From a virus, in the IMG/VR virus record IMGVR_UViG_3300028025_000090: a stretch of DNA of 64,000 bases. One strand, 5' to 3'. Below the pieces are notes generated by a model. It did no database searches, was not told where the DNA came from, and saw nothing but the letters and a program-made list of their open reading frames with translations. The position numbers were made by a program, and so were the translations under genes. Below are positions 27,686 through 37,332 of this stretch, piece after piece. The number at the start of each line of letters is the position of its first letter. Position 1 is the stretch's first letter.

Positions 27686-29472
27686 AAAAAATCTTATATA
27701 AAAATTTAAAGGGGCAGAACTTCCTGAGTATCGGAAATGACCAGATTGTGATTGATTTCCAATCTGGTTTTAACCTGATTACTGGAAAGAATTTGGATAA
27801 TCCTGATCGTGTGAACGGAATCGGGAAAAGTTGTATTGCAGAACTTTTCTACTATGCATTGTTTGGTAAAACCATCCGTGACATCAAGAAAGAATTCATC
27901 ATCAACAATATCACCAAAGGAAAGGGTGCTATTGAGCTTACGTTCGACGTAGAGACTGACAATGACACGCAGACATACACAATCAAGCGACAACTTAAAC
28001 CAAGCTCTGTGACGCTCCTGAGAGGCGAAGAAGACATCACCAAGGACTCCATTTCCAATACAGATAAATTCATCTGTGATTTGATCGGTTCCAATCCTGT
28101 GATTTGTCGTAGTTGTGATATTCTATCTCTTTCGGATAACATCCCATTCATGGCAAAGAAGCCTGAAGAGAAGCGCAAATTCATCAATGATATTTTCTCT
28201 CTGGAAGTCTTTGGTAAGATGAGCAACGAATTGAAGAATCTGATTCGTGAGAACAAATCAGATATGAATATTTCCTCTGCTAAATTGGAAGAAATTGACA
28301 ACACTTTGGAAACTCTGAATAGACAACAAGAAGATTACCAAAAGAAAGTCGAAGAAATGGAGGGTCGTCTTGAGGCGAGACGCATTGAAATTCAAGGGAA
28401 AATCTTTGATATTGAAAAAGAGATTGATAAAACATCCGTTATGGATGTTTCTACGATACAACAAGAGCAAGAAAAGTATCATGAAGCATGGAGAAAGCTG
28501 GATGGAAAGATCGGTCATGTGAATGATGCGATTTCATCCAAGGAGACTTTGAGAAAGCTGAAGGTGAAAGAAATTGATAAATTTTCCTCTGTTGAAGATG
28601 GTATTCAGTGTGATAAATGCCTCCAAGATATTCCCCATACCCATGTGGAGCATCTGGAGAAGATGAAGGAACAGTATCAATCTGAACTGAATAATATTGT
28701 AGAAGAAATTAATGGATTGAAAGAACAAAAATCTCAATTTCATTCTAAAAAAGAAAAAGTCCAAGCCAAAGTAGCTGAGTTTCAGGATCAAATCAATGAA
28801 GCAAAAGTCACCAAACAAAAATTGGAAGGTCTGGAAAACAGTCTCAAGCAATACAAAGAGTCTCTGGACAATTTGAAGCTGGAAGAATTACCTAAACCAA
28901 ATTTCGAGGTAAGTATTCAAAATACTTGGGCGAGACAAAACGCTGAAAACGACAATTTCCGAATGTTCAAACAGAAATCAGATGATTATGAAATCTGTAA
29001 ATTCGTGCTAGGAGAAGAAGGTGTTCGTAGCTTTGTGGTGAAGAGACTTCTTTCCATGATGAACGCAAGCATTCAGCAATATATCAACGATCTTGGTATG
29101 TCCATTCGTTGCAAATTCGATGAATACTTTGATGAGCAGCTTTCCAATGATAAAGGTAAGGAGATTTCTTACTGGAACTTGAGTGGTGGCGAACGTAGAA
29201 CGGTTGACCTCGCGTGTGCGTGGGCATTCAAGGATTTGAAGAGAAAGATTTCAGGCGTGTCATCTAATGTGGAATGGATTGATGAAGTTTTCGATTCCGC
29301 TTTTGATGAGAGAGGGTTTGACCTTCTTGTGGAACTCATGAAACAGAGAATTGATAAAAATTCTTTATCTGTCTATGCTATCTCTCATAGAAAGGAAATG
29401 GAGAAGCATGTTACTGGTGAAATAGTCTTCCTTGAAAAGGAAAATGGGGTCACTAGAAGACTAAATATATAA
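27682..29472 (+). CDS. gp46: recombination ATPase gp46 (Rad50/SbcC-like)
   Basis: NGIGKS, coiled coil with CDKC hook, LSGGE, IDEVFD. Confidence 0.93.
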   Translation: MKKILYKNLKGQNFLSIGNDQIVIDFQSGFNLITGKNLDNPDRVNGIGKSCIAELFYYALFGKTIRDIKKEFIINNITKGKGAIELTFDVETDNDTQTYTIKRQLKPSSVTLLRGEEDITKDSISNTDKFICDLIGSNPVICRSCDILSLSDNIPFMAKKPEEKRKFINDIFSLEVFGKMSNELKNLIRENKSDMNISSAKLEEIDNTLETLNRQQEDYQKKVEEMEGRLEARRIEIQGKIFDIEKEIDKTSVMDVSTIQQEQEKYHEAWRKLDGKIGHVNDAISSKETLRKLKVKEIDKFSSVEDGIQCDKCLQDIPHTHVEHLEKMKEQYQSELNNIVEEINGLKEQKSQFHSKKEKVQAKVAEFQDQINEAKVTKQKLEGLENSLKQYKESLDNLKLEELPKPNFEVSIQNTWARQNAENDNFRMFKQKSDDYEICKFVLGEEGVRSFVVKRLLSMMNASIQQYINDLGMSIRCKFDEYFDEQLSNDKGKEISYWNLSGGERRTVDLACAWAFKDLKRKISGVSSNVEWIDEVFDSAFDERGFDLLVELMKQRIDKNSLSVYAISHRKEMEKHVTGEIVFLEKENGVTRRLNI

Positions 29473-30120
29473 ATGAAAAGTGGGAATTATTTCTTAGACA
29501 TTGCAAATATTTATTCGAGGATTATAAAAGAATCCCCTGATAATATTACAGTTATTGACAATGAGGGTAAACGTAAATATTTTTCGTATGATGACACTCC
29601 AAATGCTTACACTGGTCTTATCGGTAGCGATGGTAAATATGCCATATCAAAAGATATTATAGGACATCACAATTTGATTGATGCGATTTTAAATAGCGGT
29701 GAAGATATTATTCAAAAATTAATAACCAATGCTGATGATATCGGAGATCTGAAAAGTTTAGTCAGAGACAGAATAAAAATAAGAATCTGGAAAAATCAAA
29801 AAGTTTATAGTATGTGGGATAAATACGATCCTTCATATGAAGATGCTATTAAAGATTCTCTGGAAGCAATAGGCGAAAATTATCAAGATTATAAATATGA
29901 TAATGACTATAAAGATTATGGAAATCTTCCTGATGCTGATACTTTCTTCGTAAAAAGCTTGTCAGATGCTGAAAAAGAAGAGAAAATGAAGGCTGAAATG
30001 GAAAAACGTCAAGCTGAAAGAGCTTTAGCAGACAGAATGGCTGGTATAAAAAGAAAAGCTTCGAGTGATTATGACGCTCCTTATAAAAAACCTTCTTGGA
30101 TGAATAGAGAAGGGGATTGA
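29473..30120 (+). CDS. hypothetical late protein, candidate internal head protein
   Basis: TAAATA at 29462-29467, 5 nt upstream. Confidence 0.65.
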   Translation: MKSGNYFLDIANIYSRIIKESPDNITVIDNEGKRKYFSYDDTPNAYTGLIGSDGKYAISKDIIGHHNLIDAILNSGEDIIQKLITNADDIGDLKSLVRDRIKIRIWKNQKVYSMWDKYDPSYEDAIKDSLEAIGENYQDYKYDNDYKDYGNLPDADTFFVKSLSDAEKEEKMKAEMEKRQAERALADRMAGIKRKASSDYDAPYKKPSWMNREGD

Positions 30121-30148
30121 CATTTCAAATTAATACATAATTAATATT

Positions 30149-31336
30149 ATGTTTAATAGTCAACCATTTGCTTCTCCTTTCCCAACAAGTCCATTTCAAG
30201 GGCAAAATAAACATCAAGAGGAACCCAAAAAAGGTAATGTTTATTTAAATTTCGTGGCAGATCGTCAAGGATGTGGTCAATGGCGAGTAGGTTGGCCCGA
30301 ACATCACATCAATATGAATAATCTTGGTGAGTCTACATCGCTCACTAAGATGATTTTTGATAAAAATTGGTTTCGAGATATTAAAACCGTCAAATTACAA
30401 AGACAAGCATCTACCCCTCAAAAACAATATTTTGAATTTCTCAAGAGTATTCAAGCAGAAATGGGATTCAAGATTATCTATGAAGTAGATGATGTTGTAT
30501 TTCGTGAAGAAATTCCTGATTATAATTCAGGAAAACCATCGTTCGATAATGACGAAATCCGTCAAAATTGTGTTGACATGATGCGAATGGCAGATGAAGT
30601 CACAGTCACATGTAAGTTCATGCGTGATTTGTTCATTCAAAAAACGGGTCAAGAAAAAATCTCCGTGATTCCAAATTTCCCACCTGAATGGTGGATTGGG
30701 CATTATTACGATTCTTATAAAATTGCTAAAAATTACGATAAAAATCGTAAAAGACCGAGAATTTTATATTCTGGCTCAGGAGCGCACTTTGATGTGAAAA
30801 AAGGAGGGCAAGACGATTTTTCCCATGTGTTGAAATTTATTATCGATAATAGGTATAAATATCAATTCATTTTCATTGGTGCATTTCCTCCACAATTGCA
30901 TCCATACATTCAAAATGGAGAAATTGAATTTCATCATTGGCAGACATTGACAAATTATCCGAAATTTATTTCCGAACTAAATGTGCAATTAACTCTCGCA
31001 CCTTTGATGGATAATAATTTCAATAAATCGAAGTCAGATATCAAATATATTGAGGGTGCTGTGTTAGGTATCCCTTGTATGTGTCAGGATTTGGTGACTT
31101 ATTCCGATGTTCCTGATTTTCTGAAATTTAATAATTCAGAGGATTTAGCTGTAAAAGTAGAACAATTGTTGAATTACAAAAATCGTGATAGGTATCACAA
31201 TTTATCTAAAGAATTGAGAAAACTTGGTGAAACAAGATTCCTCGAAAGACCTGAAAACATTGGTGCTTTTCTTGAATCGATGAACACGCCTTGGGGTGAT
31301 CAGTCTCGTAGATTTATGAAATACTGGAACGATTAA
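30149..31336 (+). CDS. GT-B fold glycosyltransferase
   Basis: GCGQWR, YEVDDVVF, DEVTVT, LAPLMDNNFNKSKSDIKYIEG. Confidence 0.8.
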   Translation: MFNSQPFASPFPTSPFQGQNKHQEEPKKGNVYLNFVADRQGCGQWRVGWPEHHINMNNLGESTSLTKMIFDKNWFRDIKTVKLQRQASTPQKQYFEFLKSIQAEMGFKIIYEVDDVVFREEIPDYNSGKPSFDNDEIRQNCVDMMRMADEVTVTCKFMRDLFIQKTGQEKISVIPNFPPEWWIGHYYDSYKIAKNYDKNRKRPRILYSGSGAHFDVKKGGQDDFSHVLKFIIDNRYKYQFIFIGAFPPQLHPYIQNGEIEFHHWQTLTNYPKFISELNVQLTLAPLMDNNFNKSKSDIKYIEGAVLGIPCMCQDLVTYSDVPDFLKFNNSEDLAVKVEQLLNYKNRDRYHNLSKELRKLGETRFLERPENIGAFLESMNTPWGDQSRRFMKYWND

Positions 31337-31614
31337 TTTCTAGTAAATTCAGAATATTGAGCAAGAGTCGGTCGAAGACGCTCAAACATTCCTTTTAAAT
31401 TGTCATACGGTGTCTTATTCGAAGGATTTTTGAAAAACTCTTCTTTATTGTTTTGATAATAAGCTATTGTTCCTTTTAGATATTTTTCGATATATGAAGA
31501 AACTTCATTCACTTCAGCCTTCATCTTTTCGGTAAAAGCGTCATAATCATCATATGATGATTGAAAATCAAGATTTTCGTAAATCATACCTAAGTCTTTA
31601 AAATAATCATTCAT
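31333..31614 (-). CDS. hypothetical late protein
   Basis: TAAATA at 31620-31625, 5 nt upstream. Confidence 0.6.
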   Translation of the reverse strand: MNDYFKDLGMIYENLDFQSSYDDYDAFTEKMKAEVNEVSSYIEKYLKGTIAYYQNNKEEFFKNPSNKTPYDNLKGMFERLRPTLAQYSEFTRN

Positions 31615-31647
31615 ATCATTATTTAATAAAATGATATGAATTGTAAT

Positions 31648-33048
31648 TTATCGACTGACCTCTTCCCAGTCTACGGAGCCATGAACAAGTTCAGTATTTG
31701 TACTCGCAGTAATAGCTAGAGTTAATTCGTAAGGTGTATTTGTAAAGCTATTTCTCTCAAGTTGGAATCTAAATAGAGCCTCTTTAAGAATGTCTATCGA
31801 TGTTGATCCTTGAGCGTTAGATGTAAAATAGCCTGAAGCTAATATTCTACCTCCTGATACACTAGTTCCGTCTAACTTGTATTCTACTGAGGAATTAACT
31901 CCTGCATCAGTCCATGTACCGCCAGAAGTTGTACCTGAAGCAATTACTCGCCAATTATATATACCCGTATCGATCCCCATTACAGACAACGCAGTTAGAA
32001 TCACAATACTATCTAGCCTAGTTGGTTTTAAACGTAAAGAAACGACTGGGTAAAAGGTTCCTGCTGTCGCGAGAGCTTTTGGCGCAGTTATTTCCGTGCC
32101 GATTGCTTGCTGTAAACCTCTTAATTCATAACCACCTTCGGAAATAACCGTACTACAAACTTGCTTTAATTTACTTGGACTTGAAGTTGCAGCTTTATTT
32201 TCAATTTCATATCTAAGCGGTAATGATCCTGTTGTAATATATGTCGAATCAATTAGATTGGCATGGTGAAAGTAATGACAAGGAACGAATTGACCATTGA
32301 TAACAAATCCTGTTCTCACGGTACCTAATCCGAGCCATTCGATATCTGCCCATAAAATTTGAGCCTTTGTAATATCGAGAGTAATACCAGATTTTCCTGA
32401 TCCGTCTAAGCGATCTACATTCCATTGTGATTGAGGAATACGAGTAGATGAAAGTGAGCCAGATGTAATACTGCGCTCAACCATATATAAAGTAGTGTCA
32501 TCCAATTCCAAGTAGATCCCATTATCAGCACCAAAATAACCAACACGTTGTCTCAGATTTGTTTTAGATGGGTTAAAGGTAAATGTATTTAAAATTTGTA
32601 AGCTCTTACCAGGTTGATATGCAAACACTTTCGTGGTTTCGCGATACACTTTAGAACCGCTTAAAGAATCAACTTTTAACTCCACAAGACCTTGAGTTTG
32701 AATGAATTCCGCAGAAGCAGAGGTTGTCGTGGTTCCACCTGTAAGTGTCGCCCAAAGGCTGTTATCTGTATATCTATGAGACGAGTCGAAAAGAGTTAAT
32801 GGACTTGATGTTCTCGTTCTACCGAAAGCATCGCTAGCCATGTTGAAATTACCACTAAAGTTGCTTGTCGTATCATCGATATTCTTCACCAAAACAGCAT
32901 ATTTTGGATATTCGACTATTTGAGGGGAACCGAAAGATGGATCTGTCATTGCCGATGTTGCTGGAAATCTAACATCATTTATGATCTCAACAAATTTTCC
33001 GCTTTCGGTATTTGCAGCGTTTGTCCATACTTTAGTATTAATTGGCAT
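31648..33048 (-). CDS. virion structural protein (T4-like aquatic phage family)
   Basis: DAFGRTRTSSPLTLFD motif, beta-rich, ends DWEE; TAAATA at 33054-33059. Confidence 0.65.
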   Translation of the reverse strand: MPINTKVWTNAANTESGKFVEIINDVRFPATSAMTDPSFGSPQIVEYPKYAVLVKNIDDTTSNFSGNFNMASDAFGRTRTSSPLTLFDSSHRYTDNSLWATLTGGTTTTSASAEFIQTQGLVELKVDSLSGSKVYRETTKVFAYQPGKSLQILNTFTFNPSKTNLRQRVGYFGADNGIYLELDDTTLYMVERSITSGSLSSTRIPQSQWNVDRLDGSGKSGITLDITKAQILWADIEWLGLGTVRTGFVINGQFVPCHYFHHANLIDSTYITTGSLPLRYEIENKAATSSPSKLKQVCSTVISEGGYELRGLQQAIGTEITAPKALATAGTFYPVVSLRLKPTRLDSIVILTALSVMGIDTGIYNWRVIASGTTSGGTWTDAGVNSSVEYKLDGTSVSGGRILASGYFTSNAQGSTSIDILKEALFRFQLERNSFTNTPYELTLAITASTNTELVHGSVDWEEVSR

Positions 33049-33084
33049 ATTTATATTTAATCATTTGATGGGGTTAATATCGTA

Positions 33085-33112
33085 TTGACTTTTGCATTTC
33101 ATGGTTTATCAT
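33085..33112 (+). promoter_or_regulatory. sigma70-type promoter TTGACT-N16-TATCAT, 6 nt before polymerase ATG at 33119
   Basis: direct reading. Confidence 0.7.
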
Positions 33113-33118
33113 TTTTTT

Positions 33119-35644
33119 ATGTATAGGAATTGTATTTACAACAACCGTGAACGCAAGGTTTTCTTGTGGACATGGAATGAAAATGGGGAGCGTGTGAAAG
33201 AAGAACACGACTTCAAGCCATATATTCTACTGGAGGATAAAGCGGGTAAAGAGAAATCTATCTATGGAACTCCTCTTAAAAAGAAAGAATTCGCTTCTTC
33301 GTATGACAGAAATAATTTCGTAAAAGATAGTAATATCAAGCGAATCTATGAAAATCTCCCCCCATACCAACAATTCTTGATTGATAATTATTGGTCAGTT
33401 TGTGAGGATGACAATTTCTCTCAATATCCTTTAAAGGTTGCTTATCTAGACATCGAATGTCCTCATCCTGATAAGTTCCCAGAACCAGAGACAGCGGAAG
33501 CAGTGATAAATCTGATCACTGTATTCGATTCATTTTCTAAAATGTATCATGTTTTCGGTTTGAAGAATTATCACACGACAAGAGATGACGTGAAATATTA
33601 TTTTTGTAAATCAGAAGAAGATTTGCTCAAATCATTCATCAAGTATTTCAGAAAAGAGGAATTTGATGTGATTAGTGGATGGAACATAGCAGGATTTGAT
33701 ATCCCCTACCTGATCAACAGAATCACATTTGAATTGGGAGAAGAATGGGCAAAGAAATTGTCGCCAATTGAAAGGATTTATGAAAAGACAAATCCGAATG
33801 GTAAATTTGGAATGCCCACCAAAGAGTATGTGATCGAAGGAATTTCTATTTTGGATTATTATGTGATGTATATGAAATTCAGCTTAGAGAAGCGAGAATC
33901 ATACAAGTTGGATAATATCGGAGAAGTTGAATTAGGTATCAACAAAATTCAACACGAAGGTAATCTATGGGAATTGGCTAAAAAAGATTGGTATAACTAT
34001 ACTGACTATAACATTCGAGATGTGGAAATTTGTGTTAAATTGGACGAGAAAAAGGGATATATCAATCTTCTTCGATTCCTTGCATACACAGGATTATGTG
34101 ATTTAGAAAATGCCATCAAAACCGTTCCACCAATGAACGGTGCTATCGCTATTCGTGCGCGTATGCGCAACGAGTATATTCCAACTTTCATTCGACCTGT
34201 TACTGATTATAAAGCACCTGGAGGTTATGTGGCAGAACCAAGAGTGGGATTTGCTGAAAATATCGTGTCATTCGATGCTAACTCTCTGTATCCATCAGTC
34301 ATGATCTCTCTTAATTTATCTCCTGAAACCAAAATTGGTAGAGTTGAGAAGGATGGTGATAAAGTGAAAATCCATCATGTATCAGGAAGACTATTTGATA
34401 TGACTAAAGAGAACTTTAAGAAGTTCATGGATGAAGAAAAGGCAGCTTTAACCAAAGCTGGATTTCTATTTTCTCAAAAGAAACGTGGTCTTGTTCCTGA
34501 GTTCTTGGATAACTTGTATTCCAAACGTAAAGAAATGAAGAATAAGATGTTGGAGTCTCGTAAGAAAGGGGATAAAGAAGGAGAACAGAAATTTGATAGT
34601 ATTCAATATGCCTACAAAATTCACCTCAACTCTCTTTATGGGTACATGCTCAATAAATACGCTCCTCTTGGTGATGAAGATATCGGGGCATCTGTGACAT
34701 TGACAGGTCAGGCAGTTATTAAGAAAAGTAATGATTTGTTCATGGATTACCTATCACAGTATTTCGACAATAAAGAAGAGATTGAAAAATCTTTGATATA
34801 TAATGATACTGATAGCTTCTACACTTCTTTGAAGATATTTGAAAAAATTGGATACGAACTAAAAGATGGAGACAAAGTTTCCGATAAATTTTATGGTTTG
34901 TGTCAAGATGTTGAAGACTTCGTGAATGAAGGAATCGCGAAATGGGCTAAACAGAATTTGAAAAGTATTGATCCGAGATTCGTGTTCAAGAGAGAGAGTA
35001 TCTGTGACAGTGGTATTTTCATTGGTAAAAAATATTACGCTCTTCATAAATTGGATGAGGAGGGTGTCGTGATGAATAAATTCAAATATATTGGAGTTGA
35101 TGTTGTGAAAACCACAATGCCTAAAAAGGTCAAACCATATGTCAAGAAAGTCATCGAACACATGATCATGACTCAATCCTTGAAAGAAACCAATGATTTG
35201 TTCAATGAAGCATACGAAGAATTTAAGAAATTGCCTATCACAGATATTGCAAAGATCTCTGGTATGAACAATTACTCGGAATATTCAGCTAGATGTAATG
35301 GAATGAATACCGTGAAAGGGATGCCGAGTCATCTAAAAGCCGCTTATTATCATGATCTAATTGTCGGACAGAACGAATGGTCTTCCAAATATGATAAATT
35401 TAAAACAGGAGATAAAGTTCGTATGGTATATGTCAAGAAACCCAATAAATATAATTTGGACATGATCGGTTTCAAAGGAGATTGGCCCGAAGAATTTAAT
35501 AATATTTTCGTGGTTGATTATGAGAAAATGTTTAGCAAGATATTCCATGCCGCAATCGAGAGATTCTATGAAGCAGTCGGATGGAAACTCAGAAAACCAT
35601 CGGAAAATCTTACAGTGGAATTGGAAGATTTGTTTGGATTGTAA
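33119..35644 (+). CDS. gp43: family B DNA polymerase
   Basis: YLDIE exo I, GWNIAGFDIPY, FDANSLYPS, KIHLNSLYG, YNDTDS; start refined to MYRNC. Confidence 0.96.
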   Translation: MYRNCIYNNRERKVFLWTWNENGERVKEEHDFKPYILLEDKAGKEKSIYGTPLKKKEFASSYDRNNFVKDSNIKRIYENLPPYQQFLIDNYWSVCEDDNFSQYPLKVAYLDIECPHPDKFPEPETAEAVINLITVFDSFSKMYHVFGLKNYHTTRDDVKYYFCKSEEDLLKSFIKYFRKEEFDVISGWNIAGFDIPYLINRITFELGEEWAKKLSPIERIYEKTNPNGKFGMPTKEYVIEGISILDYYVMYMKFSLEKRESYKLDNIGEVELGINKIQHEGNLWELAKKDWYNYTDYNIRDVEICVKLDEKKGYINLLRFLAYTGLCDLENAIKTVPPMNGAIAIRARMRNEYIPTFIRPVTDYKAPGGYVAEPRVGFAENIVSFDANSLYPSVMISLNLSPETKIGRVEKDGDKVKIHHVSGRLFDMTKENFKKFMDEEKAALTKAGFLFSQKKRGLVPEFLDNLYSKRKEMKNKMLESRKKGDKEGEQKFDSIQYAYKIHLNSLYGYMLNKYAPLGDEDIGASVTLTGQAVIKKSNDLFMDYLSQYFDNKEEIEKSLIYNDTDSFYTSLKIFEKIGYELKDGDKVSDKFYGLCQDVEDFVNEGIAKWAKQNLKSIDPRFVFKRESICDSGIFIGKKYYALHKLDEEGVVMNKFKYIGVDVVKTTMPKKVKPYVKKVIEHMIMTQSLKETNDLFNEAYEEFKKLPITDIAKISGMNNYSEYSARCNGMNTVKGMPSHLKAAYYHDLIVGQNEWSSKYDKFKTGDKVRMVYVKKPNKYNLDMIGFKGDWPEEFNNIFVVDYEKMFSKIFHAAIERFYEAVGWKLRKPSENLTVELEDLFGL

Positions 35645-35662
35645 TATCTATTAAATAATAAT

Positions 35663-36028
35663 ATGCAATTTACGATTTTATTTGAAAAACTTTTAAACGA
35701 ACTTGTTGATACTCTTTTTCCAACCTTCGTGACAAAAAGAGCAGAAGGAGCGAAAAAAATAGAAGAATCCGCAAGGAAAAAAGGTTCTTTTGCTATCTTA
35801 ACTGCTTACCACTTTGCTGGTAAGGTGAAACCATATGCTGATGCTTTGCGAAAAGCTAAGAAAGATGATAAAGAATCCCATCTCAAAGCAAAATATAAAG
35901 AAGCTTATGCTAAACTTAAAAATTTGGATTCTCTTTCACAAAAAGAATTTCAAATGATCACAGGAACTCTTGAAGCATATGGTGAAGTCTACATTCAAGC
36001 GAAACATCCAAAAGATTATTCGAAATAA
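35663..36028 (+). CDS. hypothetical late protein
   Basis: TAAATA at 35652-35657, 5 nt upstream. Confidence 0.65.
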   Translation: MQFTILFEKLLNELVDTLFPTFVTKRAEGAKKIEESARKKGSFAILTAYHFAGKVKPYADALRKAKKDDKESHLKAKYKEAYAKLKNLDSLSQKEFQMITGTLEAYGEVYIQAKHPKDYSK

Positions 36029-36097
36029 TACTTGCATTCCCCTGTAACTAGGGTATATATTCTTATCAGGCACAACACCCTGATTTTACACAAACAT

Positions 36098-36337
36098 ATG
36101 AACACAAGCAAAAACGCATACGAGATAAGGCTCGATATATTGAGCATAGCACATGGTGATTTAATGACAGTTTTCCACGAGAAGCTGCATAACGCCAAAA
36201 AGAGAATGGTCGGCAACCAAGACGATAGTTGGGTAGAAGATAAAATTGATGACAAAGTTATCAGTGATTTGCTTCCAACTTCGGAAGAAATTATTAAACG
36301 CGCTAAAGAATTATACGCATTTGTAGAGAATGCATAA
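36098..36337 (+). CDS. conserved small phage protein
   Basis: MNTSKNAYEIRLDIL...PTSEEIIKRAKELYAFV; start refined from ORF 36032. Confidence 0.6.
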   Translation: MNTSKNAYEIRLDILSIAHGDLMTVFHEKLHNAKKRMVGNQDDSWVEDKIDDKVISDLLPTSEEIIKRAKELYAFVENA

Positions 36338-36421
36338 AAATTGGTGATAGGTCGCGCCTATCTGATCTGGAATAAGCAGGAGGAAGTCCAGCGAGAATGA
36401 TGATAAACCCTGCACAAATTT
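36338..36421 (+). ncRNA. candidate structured RNA (hairpin plus pseudoknot)
   Basis: pairings GATAGG/CCTATC, CTGGA/TCCAG, GCAGG/CCTGC and a closing AAATTGGT/ACAAATTT stem. Confidence 0.35.
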
Positions 36422-36428
36422 ATTAATT

Positions 36429-36680
36429 ATGACAATACAAGAAGCATATGTGAAGGGGTTGAATGATGCAGAGAATCGAATTATTGAAAATTTTATCAAT
36501 CTATTGAATGATAAAGAATATGATGTAGCATTCCCCAATCCAAATTTGGAAATCGTTCGTAAAGTAATCAAAGAGCGATCTGATTATTTCTTTAAGATGG
36601 CAGAAGGAAAACACGGGGTGGCATTAGGATTCCAGAAAAAATTACAAAACAACAAATTAGAACTTGAAAAAGCAAAATAA
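36429..36680 (+). CDS. hypothetical protein
   Basis: 83-aa ORF. Confidence 0.6.
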   Translation: MTIQEAYVKGLNDAENRIIENFINLLNDKEYDVAFPNPNLEIVRKVIKERSDYFFKMAEGKHGVALGFQKKLQNNKLELEKAK

Positions 36681-36691
36681 TCCATTAAAAT
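36664..36691 (+). promoter_or_regulatory. sigma70-type promoter TTGAAA-N16-TAAAAT
   Basis: 10 nt before ATG at 36702. Confidence 0.5.
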
Positions 36692-36701
36692 AAAACAGTA
36701 T

Positions 36702-37055
36702 ATGAAAGAACAAAAACACGTAGCAATCATTGATCAAATCGGACGTAACATCATCGGTAAACTCGTAGGTGAAACGGAAACCACACTGACACTTAACAAT
36801 CCAGTCATTCTATTCGTTCAACCAGAACAAACAGGACAGATTCAAGTTCAGAGCTTTCCAGTATTCTTCTTCGAGTTCATCAACAAGGAATTTCGTGATC
36901 AGAATAACTGGACATTTAACAAATCTAATATCGTAACGAGTGATGTGATTTTGGATGATAGAATTTTGCTTCAATATGAGAAGATTAATACTCCTCCCGT
37001 TGAACAAAATGCTCCGACATCTTCACCTAAAGTTATTTCGATTAACGATCTATAA
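36702..37055 (+). CDS. hypothetical protein, possible Sm-like fold
   Basis: IIGKLVGETETTLTLNNPVIL beta pattern. Confidence 0.5.
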   Translation: MKEQKHVAIIDQIGRNIIGKLVGETETTLTLNNPVILFVQPEQTGQIQVQSFPVFFFEFINKEFRDQNNWTFNKSNIVTSDVILDDRILLQYEKINTPPVEQNAPTSSPKVISINDL

Positions 37056-37056
37056 T

Positions 37057-37329
37057 ATGTCACCAGAACAATTTACATATTGGTTGAGGGGATTTTTCGA
37101 AATCTCTGATACCAATAATTTGAGCGAGAAACAAGTTCAGATCATTCGTGATCATTTGAATTTGGTTTTCAACAAAGTGACACCTGATAGAAAAGATGAG
37201 AATATTGGATATAAACTTTTAGATACAAGATTTACTGGTACGAACAATAATCCATTATGTAAGCAAGAGATTGATTGGAGGGACAATCCCAACTTTAAAC
37301 AAATAAAAGAAGAAACAAAATACTGTTAA
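37057..37329 (+). CDS. conserved phage hypothetical protein
   Basis: MSPEQFTYWLRGFFE...QVQIIRDHLNLVF; start refined. Confidence 0.6.
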   Translation: MSPEQFTYWLRGFFEISDTNNLSEKQVQIIRDHLNLVFNKVTPDRKDENIGYKLLDTRFTGTNNNPLCKQEIDWRDNPNFKQIKEETKYC

Positions 37330-37332
37330 ATT

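Noticed and set aside
30117-30148. TTGACA upstream of the GT-B gene as a promoter
   Set aside because: No TAnnnT at 16-17-nt spacing, so it is not counted in the promoter set.
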